Source: Raineyella sp. (GTDB taxonomy: Bacteria; Actinomycetota; Actinomycetes; Propionibacteriales; Propionibacteriaceae). From it: a DNA stretch of 64,000 nucleotides. The translations under genes were made by a program, and so were the position numbers. The stretch covers positions 6,863-70,862 of the forward strand of contig NZ_JAYFNG010000013.1 in NCBI RefSeq assembly GCF_034933565.1, read 5' to 3'. Shown here piece by piece: positions 20,226 through 30,043 of the stretch (positions within the stretch are counted from its first letter, which is position 1; each line of letters begins with the position of its first letter). The notes below the pieces were generated by a model. The model had not been told where the DNA came from. It made no database searches and saw nothing but the letters and a program-made list of their open reading frames with translations.

Positions 20226-21398
20226 TCAGGACTCGGTGCCCTGGACCAGCCACAGGTCAGGACCGAAGATCTCGTAGAAGACCTTCTCCGCCGGATGCCC
20301 GGAGGCGATGACCTGCGAGCGGACGGCCTTCAGGAACGGGAGCGGGCCACACATCACCACGTTGGCGTCGGCCGGGATCCCCACACCGGAGACGTCCATG
20401 AGGCCCTGGTGGTCACCATCGGTGCCCTCCTCGAACCAGGTCTCGATCCGGGCGTTCGGCAGCTGCGCGACGAGCTTCTTCATCTCCTCGGCGAGCGGCC
20501 AGCTGGCCGAGGAGCGGTCGGCGTGCAGGACGACGACCTCTCGCTCGGACCCGCGCTGGACCAGTGCCTCGAGCAGCGAGAGCACCGGGGTGACGCCGAT
20601 GCCGGCGGAGGCGAGCACCAGCGGCACCTGGGTGTCGCGCAGGACGAGGTCGCCGTACGGGTTGGACAGCTGGTAGACGTCGCCGATCGAGAGCTTCTCG
20701 TGGATCAGCGGGGTCACCTCGCCCGCCGGGTCGAGCTTGACGGCGATCCGCCGAGTGCCGGCGGGGGAGGGGATCAGGGTGAACTGTCGCGGCTGGCGGA
20801 TCCCGTCGGGGGTCGGGACCAGGATGGAGACGTACTGGCCCGGGCGGGCGTCGGACACCGCGGTGTCGTCGGCCGGCTCGAAGCTGATCACCGCGACGTC
20901 CCCGCCGGAGATCTCCTTGCCGGTGACCCGCCACGGCGCGAACGGCTTGTCGTTGGGCTGCGAGGCGTAGAGGTTCTTCTCCATGTTGATCAGCGCGTGG
21001 GCCATCAGCCAGTAGACCTCGGTCCAGGCCTCGACCACCTCGGGGGTGGCGGCGTCACCGAGGTCGGCGGCAATGGCGCCGAAGAGGTGCTCGTAGACGG
21101 TCGGGTACTCGTCCTCCTGCAGCCCCAGCGAAGCGTGCTTGTGTGCGATCCGCGACAGCACCGTCTCCGGGTAGGAGTCCGGGTGCTGCAGCAGCCAGGT
21201 CGCGAAAGCGACGATCGAGCCGGCCAGCGCCTTGGGCTGCTCACCGGTGATCTGGTTGGAGCGGCTGAACATGCCGTCCAGCAGGTCGGGACGCGCCCCG
21301 AACATCCGGCGGTAGAACTCCGGGGTGATGAAGGGAATGCGCTCGGCGACGACCGGTGCGGTGGCCGCGATGATCGGGCGGGAGGTGTCCGACAGCAT
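20226..21398 (-). CDS. hmp: flavohemoprotein (NO dioxygenase)
   Basis: An N-terminal globin domain is followed by an FAD/NAD(P)-binding reductase domain (RQFTLIPS...ASAGIGVTPVLS). An AAGGAG RBS precedes it. Confidence 0.92.
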   Translation of the reverse strand: MLSDTSRPIIAATAPVVAERIPFITPEFYRRMFGARPDLLDGMFSRSNQITGEQPKALAGSIVAFATWLLQHPDSYPETVLSRIAHKHASLGLQEDEYPTVYEHLFGAIAADLGDAATPEVVEAWTEVYWLMAHALINMEKNLYASQPNDKPFAPWRVTGKEISGGDVAVISFEPADDTAVSDARPGQYVSILVPTPDGIRQPRQFTLIPSPAGTRRIAVKLDPAGEVTPLIHEKLSIGDVYQLSNPYGDLVLRDTQVPLVLASAGIGVTPVLSLLEALVQRGSEREVVVLHADRSSASWPLAEEMKKLVAQLPNARIETWFEEGTDGDHQGLMDVSGVGIPADANVVMCGPLPFLKAVRSQVIASGHPAEKVFYEIFGPDLWLVQGTES

Positions 21399-21510
21399 GG
21401 GGGTGATCTCCTTCGTTAGGGATGCGGGAACCCTAATCGATTGATACGGGTGGCCCGTTCAAATTGCGTATGATCCGGATCACCCACCCGCGCGCGTTAG
21501 TCTCACGTCC

Positions 21511-22026
21511 ATGGATGTCAATGACCTGCTGACAGATGCAATCGAACGCAGCCGGGAGGTCTGTCACGCGGTATTGCGCGGGTTGACCGCCGACCAGGCG
21601 AACCGACGCCCGGGTGGCGACCACAACTCGATCACCTGGCTGGTGTGGCACATCGCGCGTGAACAGGATGTCCAGATCGCACCACTGGGCGGCACACCGC
21701 AGGTCTGGACCGGACAGGGTTGGTACGAGCGGTTCGGTCTCGACCTGCCGGCCCGGTCGATGGGCTACGGCCACGACACCGAGGCCGTCGGCAAGGTCAT
21801 CGTCGACGACACCTCACTGCTGACCGGCTACCTGGACGCCACGGTCGAGGCCACCAAGGCCTATCTGGCGTCGGTGACACCCGCAACGCTCGACGAGATC
21901 GTCGACGAGCGGTGGGACCCGCCGGTGACCCGCGGCGTCCGGCTGGTCAGCGTCGTCGACGACGCCGCCCAGCACGCCGGCCAGGCCGCGTACGTCCGCG
22001 GCCTGCTCTTCGGTCAGGTGCACTGA
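21511..22026 (+). CDS. DinB-family (DUF664-like) protein
   Basis: The 171-aa product contains NSITWLVWHIAREQD...DDAAQHAGQAAYVRG, which fits the four-helix DinB His-triad pattern. Confidence 0.8.
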   Translation: MDVNDLLTDAIERSREVCHAVLRGLTADQANRRPGGDHNSITWLVWHIAREQDVQIAPLGGTPQVWTGQGWYERFGLDLPARSMGYGHDTEAVGKVIVDDTSLLTGYLDATVEATKAYLASVTPATLDEIVDERWDPPVTRGVRLVSVVDDAAQHAGQAAYVRGLLFGQVH

Positions 22027-22069
22027 CCGGAGGCCGGTCGGCGGGGTCCCGGCCTGGGAGAGGGATCCT

Positions 22070-22103
22070 CGGGCGGGCATTCCTGTCGGGCGGGCATTCC
22101 TGT
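22070..22103. repeat. 17-bp x2 tandem repeat
   Basis: CGGGCGGGCATTCCTGT occurs at 22070-22086 and 22087-22103, followed by a degenerate third copy. Confidence 0.85.
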
Positions 22104-22170
22104 CGGGCGAGAGTCCCGGTCGGATGGACACCTCGGCCGGGGCCGGATCCCGACCTGGTGGGATCCTCGG

Positions 22171-23103
22171 TCAGGCGAGGGCCCCGTCGTCCGGCTCTGC
22201 CTCCTCCTCGTCGGGGATGACGTCCGTACGGACCCCCGGGGCCACCGGCTCGGCCAGTTCGTACGGGGTCTTCGTGACGTGCAGGGCGTTGGGTCGGTGC
22301 ACGTCGGCCGCTTCGGTGTGGCCCTCGAGGTTCGGCACCGCACCACCCATCCGGCGGTCCCGGCCGGCGTACGACTCGATCGCGGCCCACAGGTCGCGCC
22401 GGTCGAAGTCGGGCCACAGCGTGTCGAGGAAGACCATCTCCGCGTACGCGGACTGCCAGACCAGGAAGTTCGACGTGCGCTGCTCGCCCGAGGAGCGGAT
22501 GAACAGGTCGACGTCGGGGATGTCCGGCTCGTCCAGGAACCGGTGGAACGACGACTCGGTGATGTCCTCGGGACGCAGCCTGCCGTCCCGGGCCAGCCGG
22601 GCGATCTGACGGGCGGCGTCGACGATCTCGGCCCGCCCGCCGTAGTTCATGCAGAACTGCAGTGTCAGGGTGTCGTTGTCGCGGGTCCGTTCCTCGGCGG
22701 TCTCCAGCTCCCGGATCACCGACCGCCACAGCCGCGGCCGGCGACCGGCCCAGCGGATCCGTACGCCCATCGCGCCGAGCTCGTCGCGACGCCGGCCGAT
22801 GACGTTGCGGTTGAACCCCATCAGCCAGCGGACCTCATCGGGGGAGCGCTTCCAGTTCTCGGTCGAGAAGGCGTACGCGGAGACGTACTTCACACCGATC
22901 TCGATCGCACCGGCGAGCACGTCCATCAGCACCGCCTCGCCCCGGGCGTGCCCCTCGATCCGCTTCAGGCCGCGCTCCTTGGCCCAACGCCCGTTGCCGT
23001 CCATCACGATCGCCACGTGTCGGGGCACCTTGCCGGCCGGGATCTGCGGCGGACGGGCCCCGGAGGGGTGCGGCGGGGGCGGGACCGGCGTGCTGGGCGA
23101 CAT
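22171..23103 (-). CDS. uppS: isoprenyl (undecaprenyl/decaprenyl) diphosphate synthase with C-terminal extension
   Basis: The core reads [19 protein letters not shown]...[15 protein letters not shown]...[20 protein letters not shown]. About 50 extra acidic residues follow the core. Confidence 0.95.
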   Translation of the reverse strand: MSPSTPVPPPPHPSGARPPQIPAGKVPRHVAIVMDGNGRWAKERGLKRIEGHARGEAVLMDVLAGAIEIGVKYVSAYAFSTENWKRSPDEVRWLMGFNRNVIGRRRDELGAMGVRIRWAGRRPRLWRSVIRELETAEERTRDNDTLTLQFCMNYGGRAEIVDAARQIARLARDGRLRPEDITESSFHRFLDEPDIPDVDLFIRSSGEQRTSNFLVWQSAYAEMVFLDTLWPDFDRRDLWAAIESYAGRDRRMGGAVPNLEGHTEAADVHRPNALHVTKTPYELAEPVAPGVRTDVIPDEEEAEPDDGALA

Positions 23104-23162
23104 GGGACCAGCCTAATGGGGCGCACCCCGGCCCGGCCGCGGGAGACGCCTAGACTGAGCGC

Positions 23163-23903
23163 GTGCCGACCTACCGCGACCAAGCCGTGGTGCTGCGGAC
23201 GCACAAGCTCGGCGAGGCCGACCGCATCATCACGCTGCTGACCCGCGCCCACGGCAAGGTCCGTGCGGTGGCCCGCGGCGTGCGGCGCACCGGGTCCAGG
23301 TTCGGCGCTCGGCTCGAGCCGTTCAGCCACGTCGACCTGCAGCTCGCGACCGGGCGCAACCTGCACTACGTCGACCAGGTCGAGACGATCCAGGCGTACG
23401 GTGCCCGGCTGGCCTGCGACTACCCGGCCTGGACGGCGGGTGAGGCGATGGTGGAGACCGCCGACAAACTGGTCGGCGAGGAACACCAGCCGGCCCTCCA
23501 GCAGTACCGGCTGCTCGTCGGTGCCCTGGCGGTGCTGGTGCGCGGCACCAGCGACGGCCCCCGGCCCGCCGCGATGGTGCTCGACTCCTACCTGCTGCGC
23601 TCGATGGCCGTCGCCGGCTATGCCCCGACCTTCACCGACTGCGCCTCCTGCGGAGCCCCCGGGCCGCACACCGCCTTCTCACCGGCGGCGGGCGGAGTGG
23701 TGTGCCGCTTCTGCCGGCCGCCGGCCAGCGCGCACCCCCAGGTGGCGACGCTCGACCTGCTCAGTGCCCTGTTGGTGGGGGACTGGGCGGCCACCAGTGC
23801 CGTGGAGGCAACCGTCCAGCGGGAGGCGAGTGGCCTCACCGCGGCGTTCGTCAACTGGCACATGGAGCGCGGACTGCGGTCCCTCTCCCTGGTCGAGCGG
23901 TAG
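23163..23903 (+). CDS. recO: DNA repair protein RecO
   Basis: The product begins (GTG start) PTYRDQAVVLRTHKLGEADRIITLLTRAHGKVRAVARGVRR and has a C-terminal CxxC...CxxC zinc motif. Confidence 0.95.
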   Translation: MPTYRDQAVVLRTHKLGEADRIITLLTRAHGKVRAVARGVRRTGSRFGARLEPFSHVDLQLATGRNLHYVDQVETIQAYGARLACDYPAWTAGEAMVETADKLVGEEHQPALQQYRLLVGALAVLVRGTSDGPRPAAMVLDSYLLRSMAVAGYAPTFTDCASCGAPGPHTAFSPAAGGVVCRFCRPPASAHPQVATLDLLSALLVGDWAATSAVEATVQREASGLTAAFVNWHMERGLRSLSLVER

Positions 23904-23960
23904 TCCGGGGACCGATGCGGTAGCCGGGGGGAACGATGTGGTAGCCCGGGAACGATGCGG
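23901..23960. repeat. about 20-bp x3 tandem repeat beginning with the recO stop codon
   Basis: The three units are TAGTCCGGGGACCGATGCGG, TAGCCGGGGGGAACGATGTGG and TAGCCCGGGAACGATGCGG. Confidence 0.85.
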
Positions 23961-23972
23961 TCGGGGACCGCT

Positions 23973-24740
23973 TCAGCGACCGACCGGGTCGGCCGGACCA
24001 GGAACCACCGACTGTGCCGCCCGGGCCGCAGCGGCCCGTGCGGTGGCCTCGTCGATCGGCAGGATCGCGTACGCGGCCCGGATGTGGGCCTCCATCTCCG
24101 CGGCGGCCTGCTCGGGGTCGCGAGCGGCGAGCGCTGCGTAGACCGCCTCGTGGGCGGTCATCGCACTGTGCCGGAAGCTGGGCCAGTCGTCCATGCGCTT
24201 CTCGGCCGTCACGATCGGGCGGCGGAGCGACTCGCGGATGGCGATCGTCATGTCGGTGGCGAGGGTGTTGTGGCCGGTGTTCGCGATCGCCACGTGGTAC
24301 TTGGTGTCCAGGTCGTTGAAGACGTCGGGGTCCTCGGTGGTCGCCATCTGATCGAGGATCCCCCGCAACTCGGTGAGGTCCTCGTCGGTGATGTCATGGC
24401 AGGCAGCCATGATCGTGGTCCGTTCCAGGGCGATCCGGACCTCGGTGACGTCCTCCACCGGGAAGTCCGCGAGGGCCACCTGGAGCCGCAGCACCTTCTT
24501 GAGTGCCTCGGTGCGAAGGGCAGCGACCCGGGTCCCGCCACGGGGGCCGACCGAGGCGGTGAGCACGCCCTGGGCGACCAGTGCGTGGATCGCCTCCCGC
24601 ACCGCGGCGCGGCTGACGCCGAGCTGGAGTGCGAGGTCCCGCTCGGGGGGCAGTTGCTGGCCGATCACCAGCGATCCGTCGAGGATCGCCTCCTCGACGT
24701 GGGAGAGGACGACTTCGTAGGCGCGGCTGCCTGCGGTCAT
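23973..24740 (-). CDS. GntR/FadR-family regulator (LldR-like, FCD domain)
   Basis: The winged-helix N-terminus reads LPPERDLALQLGVSRAAVREAIHALVAQGVL, followed by an FCD C-terminus. The gene is divergent from the lactate permease-lutABC operon. I preferred the ATG at 24740, which has a GGAAGG RBS. Confidence 0.88.
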   Translation of the reverse strand: MTAGSRAYEVVLSHVEEAILDGSLVIGQQLPPERDLALQLGVSRAAVREAIHALVAQGVLTASVGPRGGTRVAALRTEALKKVLRLQVALADFPVEDVTEVRIALERTTIMAACHDITDEDLTELRGILDQMATTEDPDVFNDLDTKYHVAIANTGHNTLATDMTIAIRESLRRPIVTAEKRMDDWPSFRHSAMTAHEAVYAALAARDPEQAAAEMEAHIRAAYAILPIDEATARAAAARAAQSVVPGPADPVGR

Positions 24741-24792
24741 GTCACTGCCTTCCGATAGGGTCACCGGATCAGTCTAATCGGACACTCTTGAC

Positions 24793-24836
24793 CATTGGTC
24801 TGACCAATGATTACTCTATCGCTGTTGGTCAGACCA
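24793..24836. promoter_or_regulatory. two FadR-type operators in the lldR/lctP divergent region
   Basis: CATTGGTCTGACCAATG is a 17-bp perfect palindrome at 24793-24809. TGGTCAGACCA is at 24826-24836. Confidence 0.75.
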
Positions 24837-24893
24837 TTGCTGACTTCCGGATGATCGTAGAAGACAGCCGATCGTAGAAGACAGAGGACAAAG

Positions 24894-26573
24894 GTGTTCC
24901 CGATGACTACCTTCCAGCCGACGCTCGACCCATTGGGCAGCGTCACGGCCTCCGCACTGGTGGCGCTGGTCCCCATTCTGGTGATGCTCATCACGCTCGG
25001 TGTGCTGAAGTGGAAGGCGTACCTGGCCGGTCTCGCCTCCTTGCTCGCCGCGTTGCTGGTGGCCGTCCTCGCCTTCCGGATGCCGGTCGGCATGGCCGGT
25101 CTGTCGGCCCTGCAGGGCGCTGCCTTCGGCATCTTCCCGATCACCTGGATCCTGCTCGCGGCCATCTGGATGTACGACATCACCGTGGTCAGCGGCCGGT
25201 TCGAGGACCTGCGCTCGACGTTCTCGCTGATCACCGACGATCCGCGCGTGCTCGGCATCCTGGTGGCGTTCTGCTTCGGCGGCCTGCTGGAGGCCCTCGC
25301 CGGCTTCGGCGCCCCGGTCGCGATCACCTCGGTGATGCTGGTGGCGATCGGATACTCCCCGCTGCGCTCGGCCCTCACCGTGCTGCTCGCCAACACCGCC
25401 CCGGTCGCGTTCGGCGCCATCGCCACCCCGATCATCATGGCCGGCAACGTGTCCGGACTGGACTACAACCGGATCGGTGCCTTCGTCGGCCGCCAGACCG
25501 CCATCCTCGCCTTCATCGTGCCGTTCCTGATGCTGCTGCTGATCGACGGCCGCAAGGGCCTGAAAGAGGTCTGGCCGGCCGCGCTGGTCATCGGCGGGGT
25601 GTTCTCCGTGGCCAAGTGGGTCACCTCGACGTACGTGTCGGTCGAGCTCACCGACGTCATCGCGTCCCTGCTGGGCATCGCCGCCGGCGTGGTGCTGATG
25701 CGGTTCTGGAAGCCCACCGGCTCCGCCGAGGCCCGGGACCGGATCTCCCGGCTGATGCACGGTGAGCCCGAGTCGAGCCTGGACCGCGACGCCCACACCC
25801 CGGCCGACCCGAAGAGCCTGACCGCCGGCCGGATCACCATGGCGCTGCTGCCGTACATCCTCGTCGTCGCGCTGTTCTCGATCGTCAACCTGATCCCGGC
25901 GATCCAGCACGGGCTGGCCGCCACCGACATCAAGTTCGGCTGGCCCGGACTGTCCGGCAACATCATGGACGCCGCCGGCCACAAGGTCACCCGCACCACC
26001 TTCAAGCTCGCCCTGCTGTCCTCGCCCGGCACCCTGCTGGCCGTCATCGCGATCATCACCTCGGTGATCTACCGGGTGCACCCCCGGGCGATGGTCGGCT
26101 CGCTGGGCCGCAACGCCCACAAGCTCCGGTTCACCGCCCTCACCATCGCCTCGGTCGTCGCCCTGGCGTACGTGATGGACTTCTCCGGCCAGACCGTCAC
26201 GATCGGCACCTGGATCGCCGGCACCGGTGCCCTGTTCGCCTTCCTCTCGCCGATCCTCGGCTGGATCGGCACCTACGTCACCGGCTCCGACACCACCGCG
26301 AACGCGCTGTTCAGCGGACTCCAGGCCACCGTCGGCAAGCAGATCGGCCTCGACCCGTACCTCACCGTCTCGGCGAACGCCTCCGGCGGTGTCCTCGGCA
26401 AGATGATCAGCCCGCAGAACCTCGCGATCGCCGCCACCTCGGTCGGCCTGATCGGCCAGGAGTCCCTCATCCTGCGCCGGATCGTCGGCTGGAGCTTCGG
26501 CCTGCTGGCCTTCCTCTGCGTCCTGGTCGGCCTGATGTCGACGCCGGTCCTCGGCTGGCTGCTCCCCGCCTGA
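24894..26573 (+). CDS. lctP: L-lactate permease (LctP family)
   Basis: The 559-aa polytopic protein contains FGIFPITWILLAAIWMY...GGLLEALAGFGAPVAIT. Confidence 0.94.
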   Translation: MFPMTTFQPTLDPLGSVTASALVALVPILVMLITLGVLKWKAYLAGLASLLAALLVAVLAFRMPVGMAGLSALQGAAFGIFPITWILLAAIWMYDITVVSGRFEDLRSTFSLITDDPRVLGILVAFCFGGLLEALAGFGAPVAITSVMLVAIGYSPLRSALTVLLANTAPVAFGAIATPIIMAGNVSGLDYNRIGAFVGRQTAILAFIVPFLMLLLIDGRKGLKEVWPAALVIGGVFSVAKWVTSTYVSVELTDVIASLLGIAAGVVLMRFWKPTGSAEARDRISRLMHGEPESSLDRDAHTPADPKSLTAGRITMALLPYILVVALFSIVNLIPAIQHGLAATDIKFGWPGLSGNIMDAAGHKVTRTTFKLALLSSPGTLLAVIAIITSVIYRVHPRAMVGSLGRNAHKLRFTALTIASVVALAYVMDFSGQTVTIGTWIAGTGALFAFLSPILGWIGTYVTGSDTTANALFSGLQATVGKQIGLDPYLTVSANASGGVLGKMISPQNLAIAATSVGLIGQESLILRRIVGWSFGLLAFLCVLVGLMSTPVLGWLLPA

Positions 26574-26612
26574 TTTCCTCCCCAACCCCCATCCCCTGCT
26601 GAAGGAGAGACA

Positions 26613-27395
26613 ATGACGTCCCCATCCTCCGTTGGCCTTCCCGGTTCCGGGAAGACGGTGGCGTTGTTCGCCACCTGCGCCAACGACGTGATGTTTCCCG
26701 ACACGCCCAAGGCGGTGGTGAGTCTCCTCGAGCGACTCGGCTGCACGGTCGTGTTCCCCGAGGAACAGACCTGCTGCGGCCAGGTGTTCACCAACACCGG
26801 CTACTACCCTGAGGCCCTGCCGAGCGTGAAGACGTACGTCAAGGCGTTCTCGGACTACGAGTACATCGTCGGACCGTCCGGGTCCTGCGTCGGCGCCGTA
26901 CGTCACCAGCACGCGATGCTCGCGGAGGAGGCCGGGGACCACCGGCTGGCCGGCCAGGCCGCCGATGTCGCCTCGCGGACCTTCGACATCTCCGAGTTCC
27001 TGGTCAACGTCCTCGGCGTGACCGATGTGGGTGCCTACTTCCCGCACCGGGTGACCTACCACCCGACCTGTCACTCGGTCCGGGTCGCCAAGGTCGGTGA
27101 CGCCCCGCTGCAACTGTTGCGGGCCGTCCGGGGTCTGCAGCTGATCGAGCTGGAGTTCGCCGAGCAGTGCTGCGGCTTCGGCGGCACCTTCTCGCTGAAG
27201 AACCCCGACGTGTCCCGGGCGATGGTCAACGACAAGGCCCGCCACGTGATGGACACCGGCGCCGAGTATCTCGTCACCGGCGACAACCTGTGCGCCCTCA
27301 ACATCTCCGGCGTCATCCACCGCAACCGCGGCGGCGTGAAGCCGATCCACCTGGCCGAGATCCTCGCCCACACCGAAGGAGGCGACGGCAAGTGA
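26613..27395 (+). CDS. lutA: lactate utilization protein A ((Fe-S)-binding, CCG domains)
   Basis: It contains TCANDVMFPDTPKAVVSLLERLGCTVVFPEEQTCCGQ and a second CCG motif (EQCCGFGGTF). Confidence 0.93.
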   Translation: MTSPSSVGLPGSGKTVALFATCANDVMFPDTPKAVVSLLERLGCTVVFPEEQTCCGQVFTNTGYYPEALPSVKTYVKAFSDYEYIVGPSGSCVGAVRHQHAMLAEEAGDHRLAGQAADVASRTFDISEFLVNVLGVTDVGAYFPHRVTYHPTCHSVRVAKVGDAPLQLLRAVRGLQLIELEFAEQCCGFGGTFSLKNPDVSRAMVNDKARHVMDTGAEYLVTGDNLCALNISGVIHRNRGGVKPIHLAEILAHTEGGDGK

Positions 27396-28897
27396 CCGCC
27401 ACCGAGCAGCCGCGCCGCGACAAGGACGGACGGCTCACCCCCGCACCGCCGGAATGGACCACCCGCCCGGCACTGCCGTTCCCCGAGGCCGCCGTGAAGG
27501 GCCTGGAGAACCAGGTCCAGCGGGCCAACCTGCGCCATGCCACCGGCACCATCCGGGCCAAGCGGGCCCGGGTCGTCGCCGAAGTGGAGAACTGGCAGGA
27601 CCTGCGCTCCGCCGGCGAGGCGATCAAGAACCGCACCCTGCGCCACCTCGACCAGCACCTGGAGACCCTCGAGGCATCCCTGACGAAGGCCGGCGCCACC
27701 GTGCACTGGGCCCGGGACGCCGCCGACGCCAACCGCATCATCGTCGACCTGGTCAGGGCGACGGGGGAGCGCGAGGTGACCAAGGTGAAGTCCATGGTCA
27801 CCCAGGAGATCGGCATGAACGAGGCGCTCGAGGAGGCCGGGATCGCCGCCTGGGAGACCGACCTCGCCGAGCTGATCGTCCAGCTCGGCCACGACTTCCC
27901 GAGCCACATCCTCGTCCCCGCCATCCACCGCAACCGCGGCGAGATCCGCGAGATCTTCCGCGAGGAGATGGGCGTGTACGGCACGCCGGCTCCCGAGGGG
28001 CTGTCCGAGCAGCCGGTGGAACTGGCCGGCGCGGCCCGTACGCACCTGCGCAACAAGTTCCTCCGCACCAAGGTCGCCATCTCCGGGGCCAACTTCGCCG
28101 TCGCCGAGACCGGCACCCTGGTGGTCGTCGAGTCCGAGGGCAACGGCCGGATGAACCTCACCCTCCCCGAGACGCTGATCTCGGTGGTGGGCATCGAGAA
28201 GGTGCTGCCGACCGTGGCGGACCTCGAGGTCTTCCTGTGCCTGTTGCCGCGCTCCTCGACCGGGGAGCGGATGAACCCGTACACCTCGATGTGGTCCGGG
28301 CCGACGCCCGGCGACGGGCCCCAGAACGTGCACGTCATCCTGCTCGACAACGGCCGCACCAATGCGCTGGCCGACCCCAAGGGCCGCGAGGCGCTGCGCT
28401 GCATCCGTTGCTCGGCCTGCCTCAACATCTGCCCGGTGTACGAGCGGGTCGGCGGCCACGCGTACGGTTCGGTCTACCCCGGCCCGATCGGGGCGATCCT
28501 CAACCCGCAGCTGCGCGGGGTGGACAACCCGATCGACAAGTCGCTGCCGTTCGCCTCGTCGCTGTGCGGTGCCTGCACAGAGGTGTGCCCGGTGAAGATC
28601 CCGATCGCCGACCTGCTCGTCCACGAGCGGCACCGGGTGGTGGAGGAGAAGAAGCGCCACCAGCTCAACCAGTTCGAGCCGGCCATGATGAAGGCCGCCA
28701 GCTGGGTGATGGCCGACCACAAGCACCTCGAGGCGGCCGGTGCCGCCAGCTCGCTGGCCGGCAAGCTGCTCCCGATCAGGACGATCGGCCCGCTGCCCGG
28801 GCCGCTGTCGCGGTGGACCCAGAACCGCGACGTCCCGATGGTCCCTGCCCAGACGTTCCGCCAGTGGTGGAAGGAGAATCATGATGAGCGCGCGTGA
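27392..28897 (+). CDS. lutB: lactate utilization protein B (4Fe-4S, LUD domain)
   Basis: Its GTGA start overlaps the lutA stop. It carries two Cys clusters, CIRCSACLNICP and CGACTEVCP. Confidence 0.93.
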   Translation: MTATEQPRRDKDGRLTPAPPEWTTRPALPFPEAAVKGLENQVQRANLRHATGTIRAKRARVVAEVENWQDLRSAGEAIKNRTLRHLDQHLETLEASLTKAGATVHWARDAADANRIIVDLVRATGEREVTKVKSMVTQEIGMNEALEEAGIAAWETDLAELIVQLGHDFPSHILVPAIHRNRGEIREIFREEMGVYGTPAPEGLSEQPVELAGAARTHLRNKFLRTKVAISGANFAVAETGTLVVVESEGNGRMNLTLPETLISVVGIEKVLPTVADLEVFLCLLPRSSTGERMNPYTSMWSGPTPGDGPQNVHVILLDNGRTNALADPKGREALRCIRCSACLNICPVYERVGGHAYGSVYPGPIGAILNPQLRGVDNPIDKSLPFASSLCGACTEVCPVKIPIADLLVHERHRVVEEKKRHQLNQFEPAMMKAASWVMADHKHLEAAGAASSLAGKLLPIRTIGPLPGPLSRWTQNRDVPMVPAQTFRQWWKENHDERA

Positions 28898-29528
28898 GGA
28901 CGTCCTGGCCCGGGTGCGGGCCTCGCTGACCGACGTGACCGAGCCGGACTGGCCGGTCGCCTGGGCGTACGGAGCGCCGACCCCGATGACCGACGTGGTC
29001 GACCGCTTCGAAGAGACCGTCACTGACTACAAGGCGACGGTGGTGCGCTGTTCCGCCGCCCAGGTGCCCGGCCAGGTCGTCCGCGGCCTGACCGGGACGG
29101 GGGCCCGTACGGTCGTGCTGCCGGCCGGCGCCGACGAACAGCTGCGCCGGGCCCTCGAGATGGCCGCGGACCTGTCCGTCCGCGTCGACGACGGGTCGCT
29201 GACCGCTGCGGACCTCGATGCCACCGATGCCGTGGTCACCGCCAGCTCGGTCGGCATCGCCGAGACGGGCACCATCGTGCTCGACCACGGCCCGGGCCAG
29301 GGGCGTCGCGCGCTCTCCTTGGTGCCCGACCGGCACATCTGCCTGGTCCGGGCCGCTGACGTGGTGTCCGACGTGCCCGAGGCGGTCACCCGGCTGGCCG
29401 ACTCGGTACGCGCCGGCAGCCCGCTGACCTGGATCAGTGGGCCGTCGGCCACCTCCGACATCGAGCTGAGCCGGGTCGAGGGCGTGCACGGCCCGCGGCA
29501 CCTGTGGGTGATCCTGATCGACGAGTGA
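28881..29528 (+). CDS. lutC: lactate utilization protein C
   Basis: The ATG at 28881 follows an AAGGAG RBS and overlaps the lutB stop. The LUD domain reads VTASSVGIAETGTIVLDHG. Confidence 0.9.
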   Translation: MMSAREDVLARVRASLTDVTEPDWPVAWAYGAPTPMTDVVDRFEETVTDYKATVVRCSAAQVPGQVVRGLTGTGARTVVLPAGADEQLRRALEMAADLSVRVDDGSLTAADLDATDAVVTASSVGIAETGTIVLDHGPGQGRRALSLVPDRHICLVRAADVVSDVPEAVTRLADSVRAGSPLTWISGPSATSDIELSRVEGVHGPRHLWVILIDE

Positions 29529-29550
29529 GTGCGTCGCACCGGGAGGTGAC

Positions 29551-29952
29551 TCAGGGGCGGGCGGCCCAGCACTGCGCACAGACGCCGTAGATCTCCAGAT
29601 CGTGGCGGACGTCGTGGAAGCCGTGCTGGGCCCCCACCCGCTGGGTCCAGGAGTGCACGTCGGGGTCCTCGATCTCGACCGTGCGCCCGCACCGGGTGCA
29701 GACCAGATGGTGGTGGTGGTGCTCGGTGACGCAGCGACGGTAGGCGAGTTCCCCGTCAGCGGTGCGCAGGGCGTCGATCTCCCCGGCGTCGGCCATCGCC
29801 TGCAGCGCCCGGTAGACCGTCGTCAGCCCGACCTGGTCGCCCCGCTCGCGCAGCAGGTCGTGCACCTGCTGCGCGGTCCGGAACTCCTCGGCCTCGTCCA
29901 TCGCCCGGCGCACCGCCTCACGCTGCCGGGTCGTCCGCTGGCCCACGGTCAT
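29551..29952 (-). CDS. zur: Fur-family zinc uptake regulator
   Basis: It contains TTVYRALQAMADAGEID...HHHHHLVCTRCGRTVEI...CAQC. It is the last gene of the znuACB operon. Confidence 0.88.
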   Translation of the reverse strand: MTVGQRTTRQREAVRRAMDEAEEFRTAQQVHDLLRERGDQVGLTTVYRALQAMADAGEIDALRTADGELAYRRCVTEHHHHHLVCTRCGRTVEIEDPDVHSWTQRVGAQHGFHDVRHDLEIYGVCAQCWAARP

Positions 29953-29976
29953 CCCGCCACCTCCTGTCCCGTTGTT

Positions 29977-30043
29977 CGTGGCGCTCGCTGTCGTGGCGCT
30001 CGATGTCCGTCGTGCGCTCAGTGTTCGTCGTGCGCTCAGTGTT
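29977..30043. repeat. 15-18-bp tandem repeats copying the znuB 3' end with its stop
   Basis: CGTCGTGCGCTCAGTGTT occurs at 30008-30025 and 30026-30043; the second copy holds the real stop, TCA on the plus strand at 30036-30038. Degenerate copies are at 29977-30007. Confidence 0.85.
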
